61,148 nucleotides of DNA from Chara braunii (lineage: Eukaryota > Plantae > Charophyceae), in assembly GCA_003427395.1 (NCBI GenBank), contig BFEA01000040.1, positions 2,617,406 through 2,678,553 of the forward strand, in the 5' to 3' direction. The notes below the pieces were generated by a model. The model did not search any database. It was given only the letters and a program-made list of their open reading frames with translations, and had not been told where the DNA came from. Every line of letters begins with the position of its first letter. Within the stretch, counting starts at the first letter, position 1. Below are positions 34,638 to 47,764 of this stretch, piece after piece. The translations under genes were made by a program, and so were the position numbers.

Positions 34638-35569
34638 CAGAGAGAGAACCGATGCAGCTGTGAGAGGATCAGTGTAGGTTCAGTCAATGAACTGCTGTAT
34701 GATTGTTTTTGGAGATTGGTTGGTCCGAAGGGTTAAAAAAAAGGGGAAAAAAAAAAAAAAAAAGAACGGACGGCTGTACTTGGAAAATACTTCGACAAAA
34801 GCGATATTTCTGCATTTTCTAAAACAAAAAAAAAAAAAAAAAAGAGAACCGATGATACTATGGCTAAAAATAGAACGGAGGGCTGTACTTGAAAAATCGT
34901 ACTGTACTATGCCTAAGAATACTGCTATGCTTCCTGATGCACCTTTTTTTTTTTTTTTTTTTTTTTGGGTGGCAAGTGGTTGTGGGTGCGGCTTCTCGGC
35001 GCCTGTTTGTTGGCCTGGACACTTCCAACGCAGCTCCTGTTTCATTTTTAATTCTTTTTTTTCCTTTCATTTTTTTTTTTTTTTTTTTTTTTTCCCCTAG
35101 TAAGTTTCCGTCGGAGCAACGAAATTGAGCGTACGAAAAAAAACAGAATTTTTTTGCGTTTTTTTGTCCCCATGACTTCGGACGATCTGATGGTCGGGCG
35201 TGGCGACGAAGGCCCCATGACTGCACCCACGGATGTATTTTGACGGTACTTTGCGTACAGATACATCAAATGGCAAAGTGAGATAACCACATTCTCACCC
35301 CATGAGAAATGAAATTTTGACTAAGTCCACTTTCATGGATTTAGAAAAAAAATGTCAGGTTTAACGAAATGTCAGTTAAGGGTCCTTTGGGACATCCGTT
35401 AAAATCGGAACCATAGAGAGAACGAACCTTTTTTTTTTTTTTTTTTTTTTTGTAGAGAACGAACATTAGCAGAGCCCTTGCGCAAGGATGCCACACATAT
35501 ATTGAGAAATAGTCGCCAAAAAAAAAAAAAAAAAAGAACAGAACAGAAAGGTAATGCAGTGATGTAATC

Positions 35570-35615
<46 letters not shown>

Positions 35616-35961
35616 ACATCTTATCGTCTTACATGGTTACCAAGAGTTTGGTTAAACAAAAAAAAAAAAGATGCGTCGGACCCAGGCTCGGCATCAGCTT
35701 CAGCATCCAGATCACGGTCGGTATCAGGCTTGGAATCGGGCTCGGGATCGGGCATAACCTCAATCAGGTCGGATTCGGTTTGGAATCAGGCTTGGAATCT
35801 TCCTCGGCATCAGAATTGGGATCGATCTCCGGATTAGGTGCGCGACCAGCGTCGGGATTGGGATAGAGATCAAGGTTGGGACTGGCAGCGATCCTTCATC
35901 GACACCCATCAATCACGTCAGATAAGGAGGGATATTGCTTCACTTATCAAATCGATCAAGA

Positions 35962-36000
35962 GAGTCGATCGATCGATCGATCGATCGATCGATCGATCGA
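35962..36000. repeat. (GATC)n palindromic microsatellite
   Basis: About 9 GATC units adjoining (GA)n. Confidence 0.95.
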
Positions 36001-36089
36001 GAGAGAGAGAGAGGATTGGTTGCGGTTCTGTGGAGTTGGGATTGCGGAAACAAGGCTTGAAAAGAAGCGCGCAGGAAATGGGGGTACGG

Positions 36090-36170
<81 letters not shown>

Positions 36171-36753
36171 TGAATCCCGACCTGAATTGGGCGCTGAAAT
36201 CGTAATCCAGCGGAGTCGGACATACCGAATCTGAGATGGCCTGATTCTGGACATGCACGTGGACCAAATCCCGCGGCAGTCTGAGTGTACGGTAAGTGAT
36301 CTACTTGTCGCGAATTTGAAATCTGACTTTTTTGCGTAAGCCGGCGGGTCATGGTATGTCGGAACATTGTAGTTTTTTTTTGTTTAAAAAATAAAAAGAA
36401 TAAAAAAAAATAAAGGACAGGGTTAGTTAGCCTTGTGAGAAGATGTGGTCCTGCATCTGGTTTGTAGGTATGTCTCGGTGCATGTTTGCCGCTTTGTCAA
36501 TGGAGGGCTTCGATCCGCTACACTATTAGGTTGTTGTTGTTCACTCTGTGTGTGTTGATGCATTGACTACGCAAGCTTAAAGTTTGATCTGGTTCAGTGT
36601 GGTGTCGTCTTGTTGAACAATGCTTTGTCGACTGGAGTGGGGCCTTGAACCGATGCACTTCTGTACAATGTCATCGGGTACTAGTCTTTCTGAACGTCAG
36701 CTGTCATTTTGGGTTGTACCATGAGACCAGCCGCGAGGTTGGAGACTTCACCT

Positions 36754-36846
<93 letters not shown>

Positions 36847-36855
36847 GATAACCAA

Positions 36856-36928
<73 letters not shown>

Positions 36929-38139
36929 AAGGTTTGAACCCGTTGCGTTCCGGGCCTGTTGCATACTGGTCAGTAGCAGTCTGGCGTTGAGGCACGTCTG
37001 GGACCGGAGACTGTGTGGACCCGTACTACGCTGCATGACTCTTCTGCGATGGTTCTTTTTTTTTTTTTTTTTAATGTTACCTACGGTAATCTACCACCGA
37101 CTGACCGTTAGTTTGGTCTTTGGTGCTGAACAGTTGAAGTACGGAGTAGGTAAGCTCTGATCATTGTGGGACGCGATAGTGTGACTGTAGTATATTAGGG
37201 ATGATTGCATAGCTTGAGGCCTTTTTGGGTCCCGCGCTGTCTGATCTACGGCGTGTGGGGAGATGTCGGTATGGCCAACGGCGGAGGTGGGAGAAAGTGG
37301 AGGGACCGTAAACGTTTTAGGGTTGAAGATTGGTGGACCGCCCCCTGACGGTGACCGGGTGGCGGCGGTCGAAAGCGGTTGGGGTGCCATGACCCGCCGG
37401 CTTAAGCAATTATGTGTGTACTTCGTGCTCTTTCAAGTGTGCTTTGTACTTTTGTGTAGTGTACCCTTTTCAGTGTGCGTCGTGTACGTGTGAACAAATG
37501 TGTAAGGGCCTCGCTGCACTACTCTTGAAATGCACAAAGACAAAAATCATGGCCGTGTATCTTTCCATGTTCTAGCGGAAGATTTCTTGCCACGTTCTGA
37601 AGTAGCAAATCTGGATATCCGGATGTCCTTCGATTATCTGGTATTTTCGGTGGGAAGAAGGACACGGGATAAAACTGGAAATACTATTTCCGGGGCCTGC
37701 ACAAAATATTCGCAGTCCGAATTTTTTTTTTTTGTAGGTCTAGCGGACCACGGGCAGAGGGGGCTAGCCTGAACACCCTCCTGCTTTCAGAATTTGTAGG
37801 GGGCCTACTGGTTTCGAGAAAAAAAGGCTCGATCTGGGCCATTAATAGACGATGATCTACGGCCCAGATCGGGCCTTTTTTTAATTTGAAATCATGCAGC
37901 CCCCATTTTGGACACCGTACGGTGTAGTGCCCTGGCCTTCCTGTCCCTCCGCACCAACGGCCAGCTGCCCAATGGCCGCGCTGCCTGCTGCTCATCGCAC
38001 CCCCGTGCTTTGGAGCTGACGGCCCGCTGCCCCGCCTCACGGCTGCTTACCTGCTGGAGCTATCGCTGCTGTCCTTGCTTGCCATTGCCGGGAGCCTCGT
38101 CTTCCTTCTCCAGGTAACACACATCGTCCCCCTTAAGCC

Positions 38140-39130
38140 CCCTCCACCTCCTCTTCCTCGTTCTCCTCCTCCTCTTTCTCCTCATCTTCCTCTTCCTCGT
38201 TCTCCTCCTCCTCCCAAGTCATCCTCCCTCTTGTCATCGTCCACGTCCTCCTCCTCCTCCTCCTCCTCCTCCTCCTCCACCACCACCTTCAGTTCTCCAC
38301 CTCCCCCTCCTCCTCCTCCTCCTTCTCCTCCTCCTCTTCCTCCTTTTCCTCCTCTTCCTTCCCGTCCTCTTCCTCCTTTTCCTCCTTTTCCTCTTCTTGT
38401 TCTTTTCCTCCTCCTCCTCCTCCTCCTCCTCCTCCTCCTCTTCCTCCTCCTTTTTGTCCTCTTCCTCCCCGTTCTCTTCCTCCTCCTCTTCCTCCTCCCC
38501 GTCCTCTTCCTCCTCCTTTTCCTCCTTTTCCTCCTTTTCCTCCTTTTCCTCTTGTTCTTTTCCTCCTCCTCCTCCTCCTCCTCCTCCTCCTCCTCCTCTT
38601 CCTCCTTTTCGTCCTCNNNNNNNNNNNNNNNNNNNNNNNNNNNNNNNNNNNNNNNNNNNNNNNNNNNNNNNNNNNNNNNNNNNNNNNNNNNNNNNNNNNN
38701 NNNNNNNNNNNNNNNNNNNNNNNNNNNNNNNNNNNNNNNNNNNNNNNCTCCCCGTCCTCTTCCTCCTCCTCCTCCTCCTCCTCCCCGTCCTCTTACTCCT
38801 CCTCTTCCTTGTCGTCCTCCTCCTCTTCCTCCTCTTTCTCCTCTTCCTTGTCGTCCTCCTCCTCTTCCTTGTCGTCCTCCTCCTCTTCCTCCTCTTCCTC
38901 CTCTTCCTCCTCTTCCTCCTCTTCTACTTCTTTGTCTTCGTCTTCCTCCTCCTCCTCCTCATCATCATCATCATCATCATCATCGTCATCATTATATTCG
39001 TGCCACCCTCTTCCTCGTCTTCTACTGTGTCCTCAACTCCTCCTCCTCCTCCTCCTAGGACCTTCCCTCCTCCTCCTCCCCCCTCCTCTTCATCCTCCCT
39101 ATCACCCCCCTCCTCGCCCTCCTCCTCTTC
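38140..39130. repeat. (TCC)n/(TCA)n low-complexity tract
   Basis: Polypyrimidine triplet runs around an N gap; complementary (GAG)n tracts at 39450-39612, 40167-40525 and 40652-40776. Confidence 0.95.
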
Positions 39131-39209
39131 GTCCAGCCGCGTCAGCGTCGCTATGACATCTGGAGCTGTTTAATAAATGTATCAGGTATAGTGAATGATT
39201 AGCGGCCTC

Positions 39210-39819
39210 GGGGGTGAAGCACCCTCGACCTGTTCCCGTACTTCAAATAGGTAAGATTTTGGGATTGCTGAAGCGAACCTGGAGGATCAATGAAAGCTCC
39301 AAATCATTCATTTCTGATAAGCAGAACTGGCGATGCGTGATGAACCGGAACTTGAGCCACGCTCCCAAACTGCACGCTAGCCCAGACACCATAAAGGGTG
39401 ATTGATACAGCCAGCAGGACGGTGGTCATGGAAGCCGAAATCTTTTAAGAAGGAAGAGGAGGAGGAGAATGAGGAGGAGGAACAAGAGAACAATGTGAAG
39501 GAGGAGGAGGAGGAGGGAGAGGAGGAGGAAGATGAGGATGAGGAGAAGGAGGAAGTGGATAAGGAATAGGAGGAAGAGGAGGAGGAGGAGGATGACGAGT
39601 AGGAGGAGGGGGATGACAGCGGTGTTGTTAAGGCGGACTTTGACCCTCCCCCTGCATTTTTTTTCTTCAAATCAATTATTCAATCAATCAATCAACCGAT
39701 CAAACAATCAATCAATCAATCGATCAATCAATCAATCGATCGATCAATCAATCAATCAATCTATCAATCGATCAAACAATCAATCAATCAATGAATCAAT
39801 CGATCAAACAATCAATCAG

Positions 39820-39852
<33 letters not shown>

Positions 39853-40047
39853 TAGATTGATCAAACAATCAATCAATCAATTGATCAATCAATCAATCAA
39901 TCAATCAATCGATCAATCAATCAATCAATCTATTAATCGATCAAACAATCAATCAATCAATGAATCAATCGATCAAACAATCAATCAGTCAATCAATCAG
40001 TCAATGAATGAATCGATCAAACAATCAATCAGTCAATCAATCAGTAG

Positions 40048-40084
<37 letters not shown>

Positions 40085-41222
40085 TCGATTGATTAGATTG
40101 GATTGTGATTGAATGAAAATCAAGATCCAATCCAATGATTGATTGATTGATTGATTGGTTGATTGTCGAGGAGGAACTTTCTGGCGAGCGGGGGAGGAGG
40201 AGGAGAACGATGAGGAGCAGCGGGAGAACAGCGTGGAGGAGGAGGAGGAGGGAGAGTAGGAGGAAGAAGAGGAGGCCGAGGAAGACGATCAGGAATAGGA
40301 GGAAGAGGACGAGGAAGATGTCGACTAGTAGGAGGAGGAGGGGAGGGAGGAGGAGGAAGAAGAGAAGGAGGTGGCAGCAAGCGAAGACGAGGAGGAATAG
40401 GAGAAAGAGGAGGAAGAGCAGGATGAGTAGGAGGATGAGTAGGAGGAGGGGGAGGAGGAGGAGGAGGAGGAGGTGGAGGGGGAGGATGAGAAGGAGGAGG
40501 AGGAGGAGGAGGAGGAGGGAGAGGATTGAGTCAATCAATCAATCGATCAATCAATTGAATCAATTGATTCGATTGGATCTTGATTCAATGAAAATCAAGA
40601 TCCAATCTAATCACAATTGATGCGATTGGATTGATTGATTGGTTGATTGCCGAGGAGGAGGAGGGGAATGAGGATGAGGAGTACAAGGAGGAAGAAGAAG
40701 TACAAGACGAGGACGACGAGGAAGAGGTGGAAGAGGAGGAGGAGGTGGACGAGGAGTAAGTGGAGGAGGAGGAGGAGAATTCAAACGAGACATCGGCGAA
40801 AGACTAATCGAACCTTCTTGTAGCTGATTTTCTCTGAAGTTTTCCTCAAGATAGCTGGGGGTGGAAACGCCCTCGACATTTTCTCGAACTTTAAATAGGT
40901 AAGATTTTGGGGTTGCTTAAGCGACCTCGAGAATCAATGAAAGCTCCAGGTGGGCCTTTTCTGGTAAGCAGAACTGGGAATGGGGGATGAACTGAAAGTT
41001 TGAGCTACGCTGCGAAATTGTGCATTTACCCAGCCACCACAAAGGGTGTTCTCTCTCGCCCTGCCCACGACCCCCTTTCTTTCTCTTTTGTTTTTTTTTG
41101 TTCTCCCAATCAGTCAATCAATTAATCAATCAATCATTCCAATCGGATCGATTGATTTGATTGAATAGTGATTGAATTAGTATCAAGATCCAATCGAATT
41201 GATTGATTGATTGATTGAATTA
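39210..41222 (+). repeat. Composite duplication: about 190-bp direct repeat (39210-39400, 40857-41048) plus three (TCAA)n/(TTGA)n foldbacks
   Basis: aaataggtaagattttggg.ttgct.aagcga...atcaatgaaagctcca...taagcagaactgg twice; core ending atcaagatccaatc at about 40120, 40595 and 41183. Confidence 0.75.
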
Positions 41223-42329
41223 AAAAAACAAAAAAAAAGTTGGGGGAAGGGGCCTTCAGCTAATTTTATTTGCTTTTCACACCTGTTGCTGAGGCTCAAT
41301 CTACTGGCAGGCTGGAAGCCTGAGAGCTGCGTTGAGTCTGTACTCTGTGGCAAAGACTCGCAGGCTTTTCAACTGGTAAGCGAAACTGGATAATGTTTCC
41401 AGAAAAGGTCCTCTCCGGAGTAATGTCGAGGACCATGACCTCTTATTTCTGACTATTGAATGAACTGTTTGAGGGAAAAAAATATGAAATCTACTCGCAG
41501 GGAGCTGGCTAGACTGATTCGATGATGAGACACGCACACGCAAAGTCCATGCATACACAAGTAGTATACCAAATAAATTAGGAGATGTTGTTGTAGCCAT
41601 AGAGAAGGCTCCTGCGTACTAGAGTCAAAAAAGGGGAAAGAGATTGTACGATGATTGCAAAACGCTCAAGGTTATGGCACCGCAACCGGTTTCGACCGCC
41701 GCCATGTGGTCATCCTCAGGGGGATCTTCCACCGATCCTACATTCCACTTCCCACCTCTTTTCTTCTTTTTTTCTCTTTTTTCTATACACAGGAATTACG
41801 AATTGAGAAATGGTCCAAATTTTTACTTTCCTGTATCTACGAATACAGGTTTTATATTTCAGGATTGGGCAAAAGTAGATCCAGCCGTGCCTTTTTTTTT
41901 TCTTTTTTTTTTTAATCACTAGTACCTTTGCCGTTTCGTTTTGGGAAGTTTTAGCCTGGTACTCCCGAACCTTTAGGAGGCGGGGCCCGATAACGGCTGC
42001 TGTTGATAAATCTGATCAGCGGCGGCCTTCTGAAAGGTCGGAGGCCCACTATTTTCTGAACCGACAAAGGTACTAGTGGTTTAAGCCCAGGGTGTTGTGG
42101 AGGCCACGGACCAGACCCGCGGTGATTGCTGGCAGCGGCAGCCAAAGGTTGTCCTCACAGGATAGGCCTCCTAACCTTCCCATCCCTGTATTAATACTGC
42201 CAACACACCCCCTCTCCCTAGTATCCAGCCGTGCCCTTATGTTCCTTTTTGGAATCCCAAATGAGTATGGTTCCCAGGTCTCGGTTTGGTTACGAAAAAG
42301 GTTGGAAGGAAAGTGTGCGTTGAGTCGAA

Positions 42330-42363
<34 letters not shown>

Positions 42364-43510
42364 CATCTTTTGGGGGGGGTTTTTTTATTTTTTTTATGTG
42401 GTCCGATGGACCATGGATCAAGNNNNNNNNNNNNNNNNNNNNNNNNNNNNNNNNNNNNNNNNNNNNNNNNNNNNNNNNNNNNNNNNNNNNNNNNNNNNNN
42501 NNNNNNNNNNNNNNNNNNNNNNNNNNNNNNNNNNNNNNNNNNNNNNNNNNNNNNNNNNNNNNNNNNNNNNNNNNNNNNNNNNNNNNNNNNNNNNNNNNNN
42601 NNNNNNNNNNNNNNNNNNNNNNNNNNNNNNNNNNNNNNNNNNNNNNNNNNNNNNNNNNNNNNNNNNNNNNNNNNNNNNNNNNNNNNNNNNNNNNNNNNNN
42701 NNNNNNNNNNNNNNNNNNNNNNNNNNNNNNNNNNNNNNNNNNNNNNNNNNNNNNNNNNNNNNNNNNNNNNNNNNNNNNNNNNNNNNNNNNNNNNNNNNNN
42801 NNNNNNNNNNNNNNNNNNNNNNNNNNNNNNNNNNNNNNNNNNNNNNNNNNNNNNNNNNNNNNNNNNNNNNNNNNNNNNNNNNNNNNNNNNNNNNNNNNNN
42901 NNNNNNNNNNNNNNNNNNNNNNNNNNNNNNNNNNNNNNNNNNNNNNNNNNNNNNNNNNNNNNNNNNNNNNNNNNNNNNNNNNNNNNNNNNNNNNNNNNNN
43001 NNNNNNNNNNNNNNNNNNNNNNNNNNNNNNNNNNNNNNNNNNNNNNNNNNNNNNNNNNNNNNNNNNNNNNNNNNNNNNNNNNNNNNNNNNNNNNNNNNNN
43101 NNNNNNNNNNNNNNNNNNNNNNNNNNNNNNNNNNNNNNNNNNNNNNNNNNNNNNNNNNNNNNNNNNNNNNNNNNNNNNNNNNNNNNNNNNNNNNNNNNNN
43201 NNNNNNNNNNNNNNNNNNNNNNNNNNNNNNNNNNNNNNNNNNNNNNNNNNNNNNNNNNNNNNNNNNNNNNNNNNNNNNNNNNNNNNNNNNNNNNNNNNNN
43301 NNNNNNNNNNNNNNNNNNNNNNNNNNNNNNNNNNNNNNNNNNNNNNNNNNNNNNNNNNNNNNNNNNNNNNNNNNNNNNNNNNNNNNNNNNNNNNNNNNNN
43401 NNNNNNNNNNNNNNNNGGCGGGGCAGTCACTGCCAGACGTGAATGAATCATCCCGCCTTGTAGCGGAAGATTCATTCCCATTTTTTACAATACTCGCGCA
43501 GCAACTCACA

Positions 43511-43586
<76 letters not shown>

Positions 43587-44307
43587 CCTCCCCGCGCCCT
43601 TGAATTTTGTTGTTTCTTTTTCTTTTTTTCTTTCTTGTTTTTTGAAGTGGTATATCCTTTTTTTTTATTTGGGTTATTTTAATTTCTAAAGGAAATGAGC
43701 TCCTACCGGTCCTTCAAATCCCCGACCCCCGAAAGTCGCGGCTCGTTAACGGCCGCGACTTTTTTTTTTTGCTGGGCGAGGTACTGGTGGTTTAAGTGCA
43801 TTGCAGTCACCGTTTCGCCGATTTTACTCCAAAGCGAGCAAAACCGTGAATGTATCCAACCCAGCTTCAGGGTGGGGTGGGGATGTGCTGTATGCGAGGG
43901 GTGCCCGAAGTGGATGTAGAACTGAAAACCTGACTGCGCCGTAGTTACTGGCTTTTTTTTTTTTTGTTTCCCTCCCACCACTTCACACGAATCTAAGTGG
44001 TGCTCTTAGTACCCGTATATAACGCGGTAAAGCATTTCGATTTCGATTTGGGACTGGGCCGGCAGCGAAACCGGGGCCCAACTTTGAAAAGGCGCAGTGG
44101 CAGGTGGGCAAGCCATGGAACGTAGCTATGTTACGAGTGTTTTTTTTAATTTTTTATGATCCAACATGGCAAACAATCTTCTTTTTTTTGCAGTATTGCT
44201 TCGGATCCATGATATTATGAGCATTAGCATTAGCCGCAATGGCTCAAAACGAAGTAAAAAAAACAAAGTCAGAAAAATAAAAGTCGACTTACGCTCGACG
44301 TGTGGAA

Positions 44308-44484
44308 GGGATGCTGGACCCATTTTCCAGCAGGTGCAGCTTCTCAACCAATAGATGGAGCTGCTGGTGGCTACTACTAGCCGGGGCTGCTCATATCACC
44401 CCTTCTAGTAGACAGGCAAGGCTTCAACAAAGAAAAAAGAAAAAAGAAAAAAGAAAAAAGAAAAAAAGAAAGAAAGAAAGAAAA
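44308..44484 (+). mobile_element. Structured LINE 3' module copy with A-rich tail
   Basis: gggatgctggacccattttccagcaggtgcagcttctcaaccaatagatggagc...ctactag..ctgctcatatca..ctagtag followed by an A-rich tail. Confidence 0.75.
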
Positions 44485-44487
44485 CGA

Positions 44488-45393
44488 GGGTGTGGTTATG
44501 GTTTGAGTTTGTAAATGCATTTCAAACAGTCTGTCTTTTCAGAGTCCAGTCCGGTGGGAAGTTTGCAATGCAGTCAAAACTTCGCTTGACAGAAAATTCA
44601 GTCAGGCATACTTGGCTCTTGAGGCCAAGGTCGCCGGTTCGAAATTGTGCTTGCACGAAGGAGGGCTGAGGCCCAGAGGTACTGATCCAATGACATTGGA
44701 AAGCTCCCGTGAACTGGCGGGCAGTTAAAAGTCCCGCATAAGTGAGCGGGCTATACTACCGATGGGGGTCATGTGCTACTTGGAGCAAGTGTGCAGTGAT
44801 TGCCAGCGTCCGTGTGGTGTTGTGTGTGGTGTGCGTTGAGTGTGGACACTACAGCCTTGCAGGGGCCGGGCGGATATCATGGCCGGTATGGTTCCACTTT
44901 TGAACACCGTGTCCTGGCTGTAGTGGTTACCATACTTGACTCTTGAGGCCGAGGTCGCTGGTTCGAATTCGTGCTTGGACGGAGGAGGGCTTTTGCCCAG
45001 AAGTACTGATCGAATGACATGTGGCTGTCTTTTTTCTTTTTTTTTTTCTGGGCGTGGCTAAAAATTTCATTGCGTGCCTAGGCGACGGCCGAGATGCGTA
45101 AGCCACGCCGGAGGGAAAAAAAAAAAAAAAAAAAAGACCGGCCGAGGTGCCACGGCCTTGCCCAAGATTAGAAAAACAAAACAAAAAAAAAGGTTAAGAA
45201 TTTTGAAACCAAAAAAAAAAAGAAGGAAAAAAAAGGGGCCTGACTGAACTGCAGTTACAAACTCCCGCGGTGCGCGGTGCAACTTGTCTGCAAAGCCGAG
45301 TTTCTTTCGACTGCATAGTAAACTTCCGACGAGACTGGAATTAAAAAATGGCAGTTTGAAATGCGTTTAGAAACTGCTTTTGTGACTGCACCC
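44488..45393. mobile_element. Non-autonomous TIR element with long imperfect TIRs (GGGTG...TGACTGCACCC)
   Basis: 44488-44607 aligns to the reverse complement of 45238-45393. Related termini at about 43935-43943 and 48454-48668. Confidence 0.65.
44607..45020 (+). mobile_element. tRNA-derived SINE-like repeat, two tandem copies (44607-44906 lacking the 5' head; 44907-45020)
   Basis: A box tggctgtagtgg, ctcttga loop (Lys-CTT-like), B box ggttcgaattc, followed by the shared non-tRNA body ggagggct...gcccaga.gtactgatc.aatgacat. Confidence 0.7.
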
Positions 45394-45915
45394 TAGTTCC
45401 CCCCCCCCCCTCCGAAAAAAAAAGGCTCAACGTGTGAACTGGTGGTTTAAACCACCAGGACTTCCTATAGTCCTGCCCGTTAACAAGCCACAATTTTAGG
45501 AAACGTACGGGTCACTACAGGGGCACCCAAATCCATCCGACTAGGAATGTTTCTACTCTATTTTTTTTTTTCCGCGGCCAGTAGCTGGGCCAAGTACTNN
45601 NNNNNNNNNNNNNNNNNNNNNNNNNNNNNNNNNNNNNNNNNNNNNNNNNNNNNNNNNNNNNNNNNNNNNNNNNNNNNNNNNNNNNNNNNNNNNNNNNNNN
45701 NNNNNNNNNNNNNNNNNNNNNNNNNNNNNNNNNNNNNNNNNNNNNNNNNNNNNNNNNNNNNNNNNNNNNNNNNNNNNNNNNNNNNNNNNNNNNNNNNNNN
45801 NNNNNNNNNNNNNNNNNNNNNNNNNNNNNNNNNNNNNNNNNNNTGGAGGGGCGATGCAATGCTGAGCCAAACGTGCCGGGAACTGGGGGCCATCGCCTTC
45901 TGGTGGTCTAAATCC

Positions 45916-46453
45916 CATGGCTACGCCGGACGCGGATCCGGACATTTCCGGACGTGGATCCGGACGGTCTGGATGTCTGGACAGGTCCGGAAATGTCCGG
46001 ACCATTAATAAAAAAATTAAAAAAACTGAAAAAAAGTATGTTATGCAGAATAACAATACAAATCACTTTTGCCTCAGAGTCATGACAGAATTCCTGACCA
46101 AACTTGAGTTAAAAGTCAAAAACTATAAAACAAAAGCTTAAAAAAGACTTTAAAAGGTAATAAAGACTAATAAAAGGTAATGAATTATTAATAATTGAAA
46201 AATTGGGGTTGTCTAATAAATTATTATAGAGAGAGAGCATGTCCGGAACCCCCAAAAAAGCATAAACGGGCCAGAAAAATCCCCAAAACAATTTTGGGGG
46301 CTTGACTCCTCAATGGGGAAGGGTCCTGGACTGTTTTTTTTTTTTTTTTCCCTCCAAATTTGGCAGATCCGGACCTTCCAGACCGGACGTCTGGAGTCCG
46401 GACTGAATCCAGACTGTCTGGACGGCGGTCCGGACGTCCGGACCGTAGCCATG
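45916..46453. mobile_element. hAT-type MITE with 8-bp TSD
   Basis: TIR CATGGCTACG...CGTAGCCATG; flanks ctaaatcc / ctaaatct; subterminal TCCGGA repeats; AT-rich core. Confidence 0.88.
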
Positions 46454-46733
46454 CTAAATCTTGTTAATGAGCTTTTTTGTTTTTCAATTTTTTATTTTTT
46501 TTTGGGGGGGGGGAGTTGGGGTGGTGGCTGGGTGTGGAGGAAAAGGGGGGAGATGCTGCTGAGGGTCAGTCTGCTGGTAGGGAGCTGCACCTGATGGTAA
46601 CCTTGGCTGGCGTCTGTTGTCCTTTTTTTTTTTTTTCTTTTTTTTTTTTTCCAAAGTTCGCGTCTGTTGTCCTTTCGCTTGCTTTGCTTTTCTTTTCGCT
46701 TTTTCATATTACACAGAAGTTCTCAGCATGTGT

Positions 46734-46817
46734 GGGGTGTTAGCGCAGTCGGTAGCGCGTCAGTCTCATACATTGAAAGGAATCTGAAGGTCGTGAGTTC
46801 GAACCTCACACACCCCA
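46734..46817 (+). tRNA. trnM-CAT: tRNA-Met(CAT), elongator type, 11-nt intron
   Basis: Exons identical to 7325-7408; intron cattgaaagga. Confidence 0.95.
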
Positions 46818-47019
46818 CTTGTAATTTCATTTAATTTCATTCATCCCCTTTATGATGTTTCCAATACCTCATGAAAGTCAACATGGTGGCAAGGAAAATT
46901 TTATGTCATTAGTACCAGTCGATGTGGCTGAACGACACACCCATCAACTCCTCTTTTTTTTTTTTTCCTTTTTTTTTTTTCAACTCTTGGGAAGCAGATC
47001 GCAGTTCAGAATTTTTTAC

Positions 47020-47062
<43 letters not shown>

Positions 47063-47214
47063 TAAACATGATGTGGAAGAAGCCTGCAGCCTCGTGATGG
47101 TAGGAGCGCCAACGAGGTCGAGGGCGGTCTATGGATGACCTCAATCTATTGATGGGGAACTGGACCTGCGGGAAAATGGGTGCAGCGTCGCTTATAAACG
47201 AGGCCGGGGGGCTC

Positions 47215-47216
<2 letters not shown>

Positions 47217-47255
<39 letters not shown>

Positions 47256-47320
47256 GGAACAAGGCTCCGATCTATTTGTGGGGAGCAGCACGTGCTGGGA
47301 ACCGGGCCCAGCGTTCCATA
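47217..47320 (-). mobile_element. Short-subfamily structured module with poly(A)
   Basis: Minus strand GGAAC GCTGGG cccggtt CCCAGC a cgtg ct GCTCC c caca aatagatc GGAGC ctt GTTCC c (A)n. Confidence 0.8.
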
Positions 47321-47484
47321 TGGAGATCTACATCCAATTTTGAAAATTTGAGATACCGGGGCCATTACCCGGCTTAGGCTAATTAAATTTGCAGCTACTT
47401 AAGAAATTAGTACGACAAACTTCAAAACTGGTTAAAATTCAGAAAACAACTCAGGAGCCCCCCATCAATTCTCTTTTACCTCAC

Positions 47485-47764
47485 TCCGGCAAGACCTACT
47501 GCAACAGAGCCACCATCTCCGTTGCTGCTGCACCCTATTTCCATCCTACCAGCTAGCCCCCGCACTAGTAGGACGCTTGATATCCCGCCTTGTCCATCTT
47601 TTTCTCCCCCTCACCCAAAAGACTCGAACACCCCCAATCCGTCCCCTGTACCCCACTGCGGCAAGACTTACTTCAGCAGAGCCACCGTCTCCACCGCTGC
47701 TGTGCCCTGTTCCCGTCCTACCTGCTAGCTCCCTTGCTAGTAGGACGCGTAATATCCCACCTTC
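47485..47764 (+). repeat. Direct repeat of about 105 bp (period about 172 bp)
   Basis: cggcaagac.tact.ca.cagagccacc.tctcc...tcctacc.gctagc...ctagtaggacgc.t.atatccc occurs twice. Confidence 0.85.

Noticed and set aside
38075-40620. Pro-, Ser-, Leu- or Arg-rich ORFs (extensin- or protamine-like); also 552-1155
   Set aside because: Translations of TCC/GAG/TCT/TCAA microsatellites, open in several frames, with no domain.
44907-44982. Functional tRNA-Lys
   Set aside because: The anticodon and T stems do not pair properly, and the sequence continues into a repeated non-tRNA body.
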